DNA of 64,000 nucleotides from a virus: IMG/VR virus record IMGVR_UViG_3300034107_000136, positions 37,710 to 101,709 of that record; one strand, 5' to 3'. Shown piece by piece: positions 9,101 to 18,900 of this stretch (position 1 is its first letter; each line of letters starts with the position of its first letter). The notes under the pieces were generated by a model. It saw only the letters and a program-made list of their open reading frames with translations, ran no database searches and was not told where the DNA came from. The position numbers and the translations under genes were made by a program.

Positions 9101-12100
9101 TTTGGTTCAGCATTTTTAAAAAGTAAAGAACCAGAAACATTACTTCGTTCTCAATTTATGTCATCTGTACCAGAGATTGGTTCTGAATTATCTTTAGGAG
9201 CGTTAAGGTCTTTTTCTGCCGAAGGTACTGATGTAGTGAGACACCTAGCAGATAGTAAAATAAGAAAGGAGGCTGAAAAAGCATCTTATGAGTTAGGTGT
9301 AGATCAAAAGAGACAAAAAAGAGATGCAGCAAGATTAAGAAAGGCAGAAACTGTTGGACTACCATCTTGGTCACCAGAACATAAATATCGTAGTCCAGTT
9401 GGTGGAGCAACTGGAATAGATGCGTGGATGGAAGATACTAGACGATCAATTGAACAAGGAAAAGCAGGTATTAAAAAAAGCAAATCAAAGATAAGGGATT
9501 ACAGGAAATTAAATCCAACCATCATTAGATTAAAAACTCCTGCTGGAACAATTCGTGCAAATCTTGATGATATTGTTCCACAAATTGAGCAGCAGTATGG
9601 AACTTCAGGTTCGTCTTATCAAGTTCAAGAACAAGAAAGAATTCTTAATAACGCAAGAATAAAAGTAAGTGGTAAGTCAACAGATAAAAATGGAATTACC
9701 ACTTTAGATGCTGAATTGATAGAATCCTTTGGATTAAATAAGGGTGGAACAATTCCAGGATCAGGAAATACAGATACAGTTCCAGCAATGCTTACACCAG
9801 GAGAATTTGTAGTAAATAAAAAAGCAACACAATCTAATATTGATCTATTACATGCAATCAACAGTAATGGCGATTCTCAATCAATGAAAAAATTTAACAA
9901 GGGTGGAATGATTGGTGACGTTCAATATTTTGCAGAGGGTGGTGAGGCTCAATCAGATAGAGGTAGTGCATCTGGATCTGGGGCATACAAAGCAGAAACA
10001 AGAAGAGTTATGGCTGTTGGTTGGGACAGTCTACAAACAGAATTAGACATTTTAAAAGAAATGAAAAAAAATAATGAACTTAATGAAACTCAAGTTAAAG
10101 CATTTTCTCAAGGAGAAACATCCCATATAACTCCAGAAGTTGGTCCAAATGGAGGAAAGATGTGGAGGCCATCAAATATGATGGCAGACTTGGGATTAAT
10201 CAATAATTACATTGAAGCACAAAAAGGTACATCTAAAAAAGCATTAGGAAATGCTAAATTGTTTGATGAAATTCAAAGCAAAACAAGTCTTTCCGCAGAA
10301 CGTTTGCGTGCAGAATTAGACTTACTTTCACGAGGATTCCATGCAACAACAAAAGAATCTGCTATGGCATTACGAGCACTCTCTCAAGTTGGTGATCAAA
10401 CCGGACAAAAAATAGCAGTTAGTAGAGTTTTAGATGCTAGATTACAGGGAACATTCTATGACACCTTAAATGCACCAGAAAGACAATACCGTTCAGACCT
10501 TCCAGTAGAAGAAAAATTTGGCAAGCGTAGTAAGCGTAGTAAGCCTGATAGAAACATTCCTCAGCCTGAAACTAGAGATCCAATGCGTCCACCAAAGTTA
10601 TCAGCACAAGAAGCGGATAAAATTAAAAGAAACGCAGAAAGAGAAGCAAGGTCTAGTCTTGGAATAGCACCGCACAGAGGATTTAGTGCAAGTCAAGGTG
10701 GAGGAGGGTATGATCAAAACGATATATTCATTCCTCAACAAGTTATAGATGAGGAATCTAAAAAAATAAGAACTAGAGAGTATGACAAAAGAAATAAGGA
10801 GCATGGAAGAGAACAAGCAAGATTAATTGCAGCATCAAAACAAAGCGAAATGAATCAGCCAACTCCACCAACTCCACCAACTCCACCAGAAATAGATGCA
10901 GATAAGCAAGGTAAAAGAGCAAAAATGGGTAGAGGAATGGCAAAGGCTGGTGGTGTCATAGGAATGGCATCCATGCTTCCCTTTATGATGCAAGATCAAG
11001 AAGGTAAGTTTATGGGCATGGATGCAAACATGCTTGGCATGGGAATGATGGGTGCAGGAATGGCTATGCCAGCAATAGGAAGTGCTATGAGTGCAGGTGG
11101 TGGTGCTGGAATGCTTGCAGGAGGTGGTGTGCTTGCAACCCTTGCTCCAGTGTTAGCCCCACTCGCTGCTGCCGCTGCTGTTGCTGGCGTTGGCTTGATG
11201 TTGTGGAGAAAAAACATTGATGAGACTTCTAAAGAAACATCTAAGTTAGCATCTAATGTTGGAGTAACAGCAAACTCTTTAGGAGAAGTATCAAAAATAT
11301 TAGGAGTCTCAACTCCATCTCAAAGACAAGCCCAAATGAACTTAGGAATAACAAAAGAAGATATTCAAAATCAAGAAATAATTTCTCCAATTCTTCAAAG
11401 TGAAGGTGGTCAAAAGTTTATTGAAGAATTAAAAACTGCAACATCTGAAGAAAGATTTAAGAAATTAGCAGATTACACTAAAGCGGCTATTGCCTCAGGA
11501 ATGATGGACAAGTCAATGGCTTCAACATTTGCTAAGGGGGTCAGCCTTTCATTAAACGATGTTCTTCTTGGAAGAAGAATGATGCCAGTTATATCTGGTC
11601 AAAAGATTGGCAGTGGTGGAATGATGTCCATAGCAGATGAAAGAATTTCTGCTCTTAATAAATCCTCAGAAATAAAAAGAGTTGCAGCAGCAAGCGGAGA
11701 ATCTCGAACTATCACAACTGCTGACGCGGCCTATACAGTAGGAGCAACAACTCAAGTAATATCTGATCTTTCTAATGTTATTGCTTTGGCTAGAGAGGAG
11801 TACGATAAGGGAACAATATCATTTGAAAAGATGAGATCAACAGTAGACAAGGCAACTGCTTCTCAGAATGAATACAGCAGTATGCTTACAAAAGCAATTT
11901 CTGGGTCTATGGAGCAAGGTGGAACCAGACAAGCACTTAATGATGCTCTTGTCACTATGGGTGTTGATCCAGAAAAAATATCAACATTTAAGAATGCTAT
12001 GGATATAGGTGTGGGCGGTCTTGGAGTAAGTGCTTTTCAACAAGAACAAACAAAAAGAATTTTGACAGAAAAGGGAATGTCTGGAAACATAGTTACTAAT

Positions 12101-15100
12101 CCAAATGCAATCGGCAGTAGTAGAAGTGCGGCATATGGTGCAAGATTCTCTAATTTAACTGGAAGCACAAAATCTTTTGAAAATTATCAAGCAGCAAAAG
12201 ATCAAGCAGCAAAAGATGAAAGTGCCATTGTAAATGCTCAAACTTCAGGATTAGCAGAGCAATTACTTCAAGCCGTTGCTGCTAATAAGATTACAATAGA
12301 TCAAGCAAATTTAATTTCAGAACAAGTAAAAACTGGATCAAAATTTGGAATGGATCTTGTTCGTGAGTTTAATGCAGGAGCAAAAGATTTAGGAGGAACC
12401 TTAAATGCATTATTTGTAGCCTCATCAAGAACAGCAGATATTGCTGGAGTTAGCGATGCTAAGGTTATGGGAATTTCACAAAAAGATAGGTATATTTCCG
12501 CTGGTGCAGCATTTGGACGTAAAGGTGGAGATGTTGATCAGTATGCTGCTTTAATTGAAAGCATTCCTTCACAAAAAAGAATAGACATAATTACAACATT
12601 TAACGGATTGACATATGAGCAACAATCAAAGCAAATAGCAGATATGACTCAGTTATCGGCAATTGGTGGAGCAGAAAATACTGGAAAACTTCAATCCTCA
12701 GATTTTTATCAAGGACAACTAAAAGCAGGGAAAACTGGAGGAATTGTTGATAGAGCGAAGGGTGCCGCTGCCGCAGGAGTTGGAGAAGATTACCTAAATG
12801 TAATGGCTACCATTTCAGCAGAAGACAACGGTGTTCCTATTTCATCAAAAGAATATAACTCTAGATCTAAGTTAGTTTTGAAATCATTAAAAGATTTTAG
12901 TTCTAATGACAAAATAAAAAAACAAGAGGCTGGAATAGTTTTACTACAGCAAATTGAAAATCCAGATGGTAAAAAAATAACAGCGGCTGAAGCAGAAAAA
13001 GGAATGCAAGACTTGATGAAAAAATTTGGAAAAGGAAAGACATTAAATCTTCCACCCACAATATTTAGAAAAGTTATAATTTTACAATCAAAGATCCTAG
13101 GACTACAACAAATGATAGATGCAAAAAGACTAGCACTATCAACTGCTAGCGGCGAGGGGGCACGAGATTTAAGGTTATCACTTAGAGCAGACGAAAACCA
13201 ACAAGTTGGAATTGATGAACAAATTTTATCTGAGTATAATCAATCAGGAGTTACTGGTGGTGGAGATGGAGAAGGAAGCAAAGATGGTGGTGGAGGTGGA
13301 TCAAAAGCCAATCCCCTACTAGACTTAAAAAAATCTATTCTTGATCAAATTAAAATGTATGTTGATATCAATGCAACAATGAAAAAACTGAATGATCAAA
13401 AATATAAGTTTTCAGATATGATATCAGGCAAGGGTGGAGTGCTTAACAGACTGCGAGGATTAAAAGGTAATGCTGGGGGTCTTAGTGATTCAGTCATTGA
13501 TGCTATTTCAGGTATGGGTCCAGATGCAGCAAAGAAATGGATTGAAAAAAATACTAAGGGTGGAAAACTTACCAAAGAAGGACAAAATCAAGCGGATCTT
13601 TTAAATTCAGGTAAAATTAGGGGAACCATAGAAGGTAATCTTGCAGAATTTAGAGGAGCAAGAGCACAAAGAAAAGCATACAGAAACCTCAGGGGTAGAG
13701 GATTAGATAATTCTGTAGTTCAAGCAATTGCAGGAGATCCAGAAAAAGCAAAAGAACTTGAGGTTCTTCAAGCAAGAGTAAATGCTGGAATAAAGAAATC
13801 AGTAAAGGACATGAATGCCTTTATTAATTCACAAATAAAGGCAACTAAGGAGGCAGAACTTCTTGCAAGAGCACAAGATCCTCTTCAAACTAAAATAGAC
13901 GATTTAACAATGGCACATAGAATAGACAGTGTAGTAATTAATAAACAAATTAAAATATATGAAGATCAAATTACTGCAATAAATAAAGAAATAACTGCGA
14001 TACAAGAGTTAAATTCTAAGGATCAAAATAGAATTAGAGATCTTGATCGTCAAAAAGAAATTATTAATCGTCAGATTGAAATACTTAATCGTGCAAACGA
14101 ATTAGATCAAAGAAGAGCAGATGCATTAAGAAGAGAAGATGATATAAGAAATAGAGCAGCAGATTCTTTAAATCATGAATTAGATATTATGTCTAAGCAA
14201 GAACAAAAAATACAAGATGCATACAATAAAAGAATTAAGGCTCTTGACGAAGTTGCAAAGATTAATGACTACATCATTAATCAACAAAAGAGCCAACTTG
14301 GATTAGCCGATGCATTGAGTCGTGGAGACATTTCAGCAGCAGTATCAGTGCAGCAAGATATGCAAGCAGGCAATGCTCAATTTGCTACTGAGCAAATGCG
14401 CTCTGGCCTTCAAACTGGGGTAGACAATCAAATTGCAGGCTTAACAACTACTGGTGGATTAACTAGAGATCAAGCAGAAGCACAAATTTCTGCTATCAAA
14501 GAGCAGTCATATCAAACAAGTTTATTAATTCGTGATATTGAAGATGCAATTTATCAAAGAAACCTTCAAATGATTCCATTAAAAGATAGTCAATTAGTAA
14601 TTGATAATCAAATTAGAGTTATTCAAGATGCAATGTATGTCAGAGAAACAAGTATTATTGAAATACAAAATGGTAAACTTGCTAATGCACAGAAGCAACT
14701 AGACAAAGAATTAGAAATTAAAACAGCCTTAGACGATAAGTTCAATAGCCAAGTGGCAGATTATGAATTACAAAAAGATATAGTAGACATGATTGACGCA
14801 CAAAGCACTGCTGTTGCACAACTTTCACGACATTACGAAGTTATTGCCAATCAAATTGATAATATTAATAAACTTGCTGCTAAAGCAACAAGTGAAATTA
14901 AAAAGCCAATAGAGAAGACAAATGAAACAGAAACAGACTTTAATGAAAGATATAAAAGATATGAAGATAGGATCTCTGCAATTGAAGCAAAAAGAGCAGC
15001 AGATGCGGCAGCAGTAGTAGCATCAATGACTCCAGTAAATAAGGCTGTTGGAGGATTGATTGGAGATGGAGCAAGAGATTCAATTCCTGCCATGCTTACC

Positions 15101-15397
15101 CCTGGAGAATTTGTAATGCGTAAAGCATCTGTGCAAAAATATGGATCATCAATGCTTGAAAAAATGAATATGGGTGCGTTTGAAATGCCAAGGTACAACG
15201 TTCAAGGACCACAAGAACAGACTAAGGCATCAAACACAAATAATACAAGCATTAACGCTCCAGTGTATAATACTTATAGTGTCAACGTCAACGTTCCAAA
15301 TACCAATGCTGATCCAGATGTTATTGCCAATAAGGTTATGATGAGAATGACGCAAATAGATAACTCAAACATAAGGAGTCTCCGTGGCAACAAGTAA
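6107..15397 (+). CDS. Tape measure protein with internal accessory domains
   Basis: 3096 aa; TP901-type TMP core in N-terminal ~650 aa; hydrophobic segment near 10940-11205; C-terminal coiled coil. Confidence 0.93.
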   Translation: MADVNAIINIDINSSSALVNLKRLESQIDQFNRSVSTSNATAAASQQSLNRALLDGINNTGLFTSKIIPVESSMKRFSRSLDEGRLSLGEYTRYAGSQLPGLSKVFRKEFDSIEQVATSRVKSMQTQYLALGKTVDGVTRAISSTPTGLAKGMATDLAMTQQRQQIFNKLLDDGSTKLLNWGKNTQWAGRQLMVGFSLPLAAFGAAAAKTFMEIDKATISLKRVYGDLSTTKEELDSNVEAVKGLGKEYTKYGITLAETISLSGRAAATGATNEKLMAATEQTLRFATLGQMDYNQALDTTISLQTAFAISNEDLGKTVDYLNAVENQTILTMEDMSVAIPRVATVVKGLGGSVQDLAVMMTAMREGGVSAENAANGLKSGLASLINPTKRASESLADMGVNLKGIINQNKGDLMGIVTEFGTAINKLDEFSRQQVLEQVFGKFQYARMSALFTNITKDAGQAARAMDLAGMSAEDLAKISEKELGQISESTSVKFQASMEKLKISIAPIGEAFLKGITPVVDMVSKIADAFNNLPDGVKNAIAVLTGVVAGIGPVLLMTIGLLGNGIANITKFVQFIRKSLAGIKGDASAFTYLAQGELEAVTASKALEGSAVNLTDKLLLQRGAVVGLTAEYERFARAAGIARAEMGLVSGAPMPSGGGRQAIPVPRIRKNTGGTIPGVGSTDTVPAMLTPGEFVINKKATAQNLPLLHAINDGKGMGGFNKGGQIPGVQYFAMAGKVLPKPKNVTVPKGTQSPQMTHTTPKPILSTIGTAMPQRILGSARGRVAQRLANAGIPVELLTDAWIRSPFNQKLKSKVQGSTITDWVEDLKDSQLGPAYRRAEIRASDLREELRGSFLSENTYTQEDFGNIIEDAAKRIKPSFSPAIDSAYLPKPEVLREYSEQLESAGFYLQKNEANGKNYIVDSTEVEKRQMASSSYPLTRNKGGLIPGGEVTQSRPFYGVFNAKTIDMFKNWIGTHSEAIPALRQTILKDPKMKSMFGSAFLKSKEPETLLRSQFMSSVPEIGSELSLGALRSFSAEGTDVVRHLADSKIRKEAEKASYELGVDQKRQKRDAARLRKAETVGLPSWSPEHKYRSPVGGATGIDAWMEDTRRSIEQGKAGIKKSKSKIRDYRKLNPTIIRLKTPAGTIRANLDDIVPQIEQQYGTSGSSYQVQEQERILNNARIKVSGKSTDKNGITTLDAELIESFGLNKGGTIPGSGNTDTVPAMLTPGEFVVNKKATQSNIDLLHAINSNGDSQSMKKFNKGGMIGDVQYFAEGGEAQSDRGSASGSGAYKAETRRVMAVGWDSLQTELDILKEMKKNNELNETQVKAFSQGETSHITPEVGPNGGKMWRPSNMMADLGLINNYIEAQKGTSKKALGNAKLFDEIQSKTSLSAERLRAELDLLSRGFHATTKESAMALRALSQVGDQTGQKIAVSRVLDARLQGTFYDTLNAPERQYRSDLPVEEKFGKRSKRSKPDRNIPQPETRDPMRPPKLSAQEADKIKRNAEREARSSLGIAPHRGFSASQGGGGYDQNDIFIPQQVIDEESKKIRTREYDKRNKEHGREQARLIAASKQSEMNQPTPPTPPTPPEIDADKQGKRAKMGRGMAKAGGVIGMASMLPFMMQDQEGKFMGMDANMLGMGMMGAGMAMPAIGSAMSAGGGAGMLAGGGVLATLAPVLAPLAAAAAVAGVGLMLWRKNIDETSKETSKLASNVGVTANSLGEVSKILGVSTPSQRQAQMNLGITKEDIQNQEIISPILQSEGGQKFIEELKTATSEERFKKLADYTKAAIASGMMDKSMASTFAKGVSLSLNDVLLGRRMMPVISGQKIGSGGMMSIADERISALNKSSEIKRVAAASGESRTITTADAAYTVGATTQVISDLSNVIALAREEYDKGTISFEKMRSTVDKATASQNEYSSMLTKAISGSMEQGGTRQALNDALVTMGVDPEKISTFKNAMDIGVGGLGVSAFQQEQTKRILTEKGMSGNIVTNPNAIGSSRSAAYGARFSNLTGSTKSFENYQAAKDQAAKDESAIVNAQTSGLAEQLLQAVAANKITIDQANLISEQVKTGSKFGMDLVREFNAGAKDLGGTLNALFVASSRTADIAGVSDAKVMGISQKDRYISAGAAFGRKGGDVDQYAALIESIPSQKRIDIITTFNGLTYEQQSKQIADMTQLSAIGGAENTGKLQSSDFYQGQLKAGKTGGIVDRAKGAAAAGVGEDYLNVMATISAEDNGVPISSKEYNSRSKLVLKSLKDFSSNDKIKKQEAGIVLLQQIENPDGKKITAAEAEKGMQDLMKKFGKGKTLNLPPTIFRKVIILQSKILGLQQMIDAKRLALSTASGEGARDLRLSLRADENQQVGIDEQILSEYNQSGVTGGGDGEGSKDGGGGGSKANPLLDLKKSILDQIKMYVDINATMKKLNDQKYKFSDMISGKGGVLNRLRGLKGNAGGLSDSVIDAISGMGPDAAKKWIEKNTKGGKLTKEGQNQADLLNSGKIRGTIEGNLAEFRGARAQRKAYRNLRGRGLDNSVVQAIAGDPEKAKELEVLQARVNAGIKKSVKDMNAFINSQIKATKEAELLARAQDPLQTKIDDLTMAHRIDSVVINKQIKIYEDQITAINKEITAIQELNSKDQNRIRDLDRQKEIINRQIEILNRANELDQRRADALRREDDIRNRAADSLNHELDIMSKQEQKIQDAYNKRIKALDEVAKINDYIINQQKSQLGLADALSRGDISAAVSVQQDMQAGNAQFATEQMRSGLQTGVDNQIAGLTTTGGLTRDQAEAQISAIKEQSYQTSLLIRDIEDAIYQRNLQMIPLKDSQLVIDNQIRVIQDAMYVRETSIIEIQNGKLANAQKQLDKELEIKTALDDKFNSQVADYELQKDIVDMIDAQSTAVAQLSRHYEVIANQIDNINKLAAKATSEIKKPIEKTNETETDFNERYKRYEDRISAIEAKRAADAAAVVASMTPVNKAVGGLIGDGARDSIPAMLTPGEFVMRKASVQKYGSSMLEKMNMGAFEMPRYNVQGPQEQTKASNTNNTSINAPVYNTYSVNVNVPNTNADPDVIANKVMMRMTQIDNSNIRSLRGNK
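8123..8311 (+). repeat. TMP internal repeat copy 1 (NxGGTIPG..TDTVPAMLTPGEFV.NKKAT...FNKGG...QYFA)
   Basis: Near-identical in protein and DNA to 9737-9943; partial copies at 8933 and 15038-15130. Confidence 0.9.
9737..9943 (+). repeat. TMP internal repeat copy 2
   Basis: NKGGTIPGSGNTDTVPAMLTPGEFVVNKKAT...FNKGGMIGDVQYFAEGG. Confidence 0.9.
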
Positions 15398-15971
15398 TTA
15401 TTTGGAAGGTAGAACGAGATGGTCTAGACCACAAGGACTGCTCTTCTCTGATAATGCAGGAACTCTTAGTAATGGCATCTTTGTTCCGCAGGGATCTGAG
15501 GCAGACGGTGATTTTATTATCCCCTCCGATCATAATCGTGGAGCAATAAACTTAACTCAACAAAGAATAGAGAATAGACTGAGAACTATTAATGGAACGA
15601 TGCGTTCGTACCATGTAGCAGACAAGATAAACCTTTCTGTTTCTTGGCAGAATCTACCATCTAGGGCACACTCGCAAGAAGAATCTTATAATGCTAATGG
15701 CATATACGATGGGACTGGAATTGAATATACCGCCGATGCAGGCGCGGGTGGAGTTGAAATGCTTGAATGGTATCAGAATCACTCTGGACCATTCTATGTA
15801 TATCTATCCTATGACAAATACATCAACTTTGAAGAAAATAGATATGATCACTTGAATCAATACAGTCAAGTTATCCACATGTTCTTCTCTTCTTTTGATT
15901 ACACAATATCAAAACGTGGTGCAACTAACCATGACTTGTGGGACATAAGTTTATCCTTGGAAGAGGTTTAA
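15384..15971 (+). CDS. Minor tail protein (distal tail-like)
   Basis: Directly after TMP; ends LEEV; RTINGTMRSYH motif. Confidence 0.7.
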   Translation: MATSNYLEGRTRWSRPQGLLFSDNAGTLSNGIFVPQGSEADGDFIIPSDHNRGAINLTQQRIENRLRTINGTMRSYHVADKINLSVSWQNLPSRAHSQEESYNANGIYDGTGIEYTADAGAGGVEMLEWYQNHSGPFYVYLSYDKYINFEENRYDHLNQYSQVIHMFFSSFDYTISKRGATNHDLWDISLSLEEV

Positions 15972-15972
15972 G

Positions 15973-18900
15973 ATGTTTCAGTCAGATGCGCTGAAAGATC
16001 ATCTACAGACTTCCTATACCATTGAAAACAAGTCACTAGTTTTTGCTGAGTGGAATCTTAATCAACCAGAAAATATAGCGAGGATTGGCAACTATCGCTA
16101 CAGACCTAGCGGTGGCGTCGTTGATGCTCAATTCGCTACAGTGCCGCTAACATACGATATCAACGATGCTGGTGGGTATTACACAGGAGCAACAGATGCA
16201 GACATTGTTGTTGATGGTGGGTATGATGACAATGGAGATCCTATAAGTTTTACTACCGCTAAAGATAAGATGCAGATGCTTTACTCACTTGAAGATTGTT
16301 TTAATCCGTTCAGACCAAGATCTGGAATAAACAAGATGATTTATTTGGGACTATCTGGAGCGGGGTATACAGAATCACAATACATTGCAAACTTTGGATC
16401 AGATTCTGCAACAAGACCAAGATACTATTTGTCATCAAAGTACGATCAATTTAAATATTGGACATCATATAGAACTCAAGACGGTGTGGAGTATGGCGTA
16501 TCTAAAACAATGTTTAATGGAAGATCATATATTGACGATGCAGTTCCCTTTGTTGTATACAACGAAAACATAACAGCAAATAGAATTGTTATCAAAATGC
16601 AGACAAACGTAGGAGAAACAAATCTTGGAGATATTCGTGTAGGAGAGACTACAATTCCAGATCCTCTCTACGGTGTTGCCAATCAAACAACTCCCGTTAG
16701 GTGGCGGGTAGAGGTGCTCAAGGGTACTTCTTGGATAGAGGTAGCATCCTTTGATGAGAACTCTCTTCGTTCTGATGGAACAGCAATAATACAATCTGAT
16801 GGATATGTAGAACTTGCATACGGATTACAGTTGCCAAATGAATATAAGGATATCTTTGTTTATGCTGGTGAAATATCTTCGTTTGATAGTCTTCCAACTA
16901 GCGCACCAAACGGGTATGCATATTTATTAAAAGATAATTCTGATGACAAGGGTATTTTTTATATATACAATGAAGTAGATAGTGAGTGGGTAGGGTTAGA
17001 CCCACAATACACTTGGGACATAGCAGACAATTTTGTTAGTAAGAATAGCAAATTTGTAACTGATTTGACTAATCCAGATTATTTTTGGGATCAAGGTAAA
17101 AAAGTATATAGAGACATTGAAGTATTTAAGGGCATAAGAATTGTAGTTGCAACAATGAATAAGCCGAATTGTACTTTTGACCTTATTGAATTATCCCCTC
17201 GTCTATCTGCTGATCTTACTGATCGTGTTCAAGACTTTAGCATTACGAGGACTCTTTCTGATTTGGGTAATGGAAAGATTCCTGTAGGATCTTTGCTTGC
17301 TGGTACTGGTCAAATAAACGTTAACGATAATGATTTTGCTTTCGTACAAAATAATTCATTTAATGAAATAACTTCTCAAGGAAGCATTGTATCAAAATAC
17401 TTATTGACACATGTAAAGTTTATGTTTTATGATGTGATAAGAAACGTTGACTCATATGATTACTATGTTCCTATAAAGACAATGTATTCTGAAGGTCTTC
17501 CTCAATCTCAAGGTAACTTTGATCAGATCTCTATAAACCTAAGAGATGCATATTTAATTCTTGAAGCAAGTCCTGCTCCATCCTTAATGCTTACAGACAT
17601 TTCTTTAAGTGCTGCAATAATGATTCTACTGGATTACATAGGTTTTAGCAACTACGTCTTTAAAAGAATTCAAGGGGTGCCAGACCCAGTTATTCCTTAT
17701 TTCTTTGTTGCACCAAATCAAAACGTTGCAGAAGTTCTTACTCAATTAGCAGTTGCAACTCAGAGTGCAATGTTCTTTGATGAGTATAATAATTTTGTTT
17801 TGATGACAAAAGAATATTTGTTACCAGATATCGGAGGAAGAGATTTAGATATAACGTTATTTGGTAACAAAGTAGATTCAATGTTACCAAACATTATTCA
17901 AGTATCTTCATCAAATAAAAGTGTTAACAATAATGGTCAAATAAACTATACTCAAAGATATATTCAAAGAACATATGGGTCAACTCGTCAATCCATGTAT
18001 AGTGATGAGTTTAAGACTTGGGTATATACTCCAACATTAATGTGGGAAGTTACAGGAGATCAAACTACTAAAGCAATAAATGAAACTGCTACTGAACAAT
18101 CTTCCTATTCGTTATCAGCAATGCCGTTAAATTCTAATCTCACAGCAGACGTTCCAACAGTGATAAACAACACAATGACCAACAATATACTTGACGTGGG
18201 CGAATCTATCTACTATATTGCTAGGTACAATGGATTCTTTTACGCTAATGGAGAGATAATAAAGTATGATGCAGTAGAGTATTCAATAACTGGACAAGCA
18301 ACACCATTGTGGATAAACAATGTTCAAGAATATCAAAACTACTTCCTAAATATTCCATTTAACGGAAAGATGTATCCAACAGGAAAGATAAGAATATATT
18401 CAGAACCAGAGTATATTGTTGTTGGAGGAGTGACGGTAATGAGTCCTGGCCCTGCTAAGATTCACGGTAGAGGTCAATTTGGAACAACCATAACAAATCA
18501 CGATGCTGGAATCAATACTTATTGGACAGATTCTAATAATGTGTATGGATGTCAGCAGCAAGGTAACTATATTTATAGTGCTGATCAAGTTGTTAATTAT
18601 CCATTAGGATTAGAAAAGAATACTGCTGCTGGTATAAGTAATGCAAAAGCAAGAGAAAGTTCTAGAAACGGTATTATAAAGAATACAACCTCTCAAGTCT
18701 ATTGGACAGAAAGACAAGTAAATGAATTTACAACAGCACAATCTGGAACTGTTCAATCTTCTGCACTAGTTTTTACTGGTCCAAACTTTGATACAGGAGT
18801 TTCGCCAAGAGATTATGTTTCTTATATACACAAGCCACTAGACAATGCCTATAAGCATTTTGGAACAAGAATGAGAATTATAGGTAAGATTGAAGCGGGT

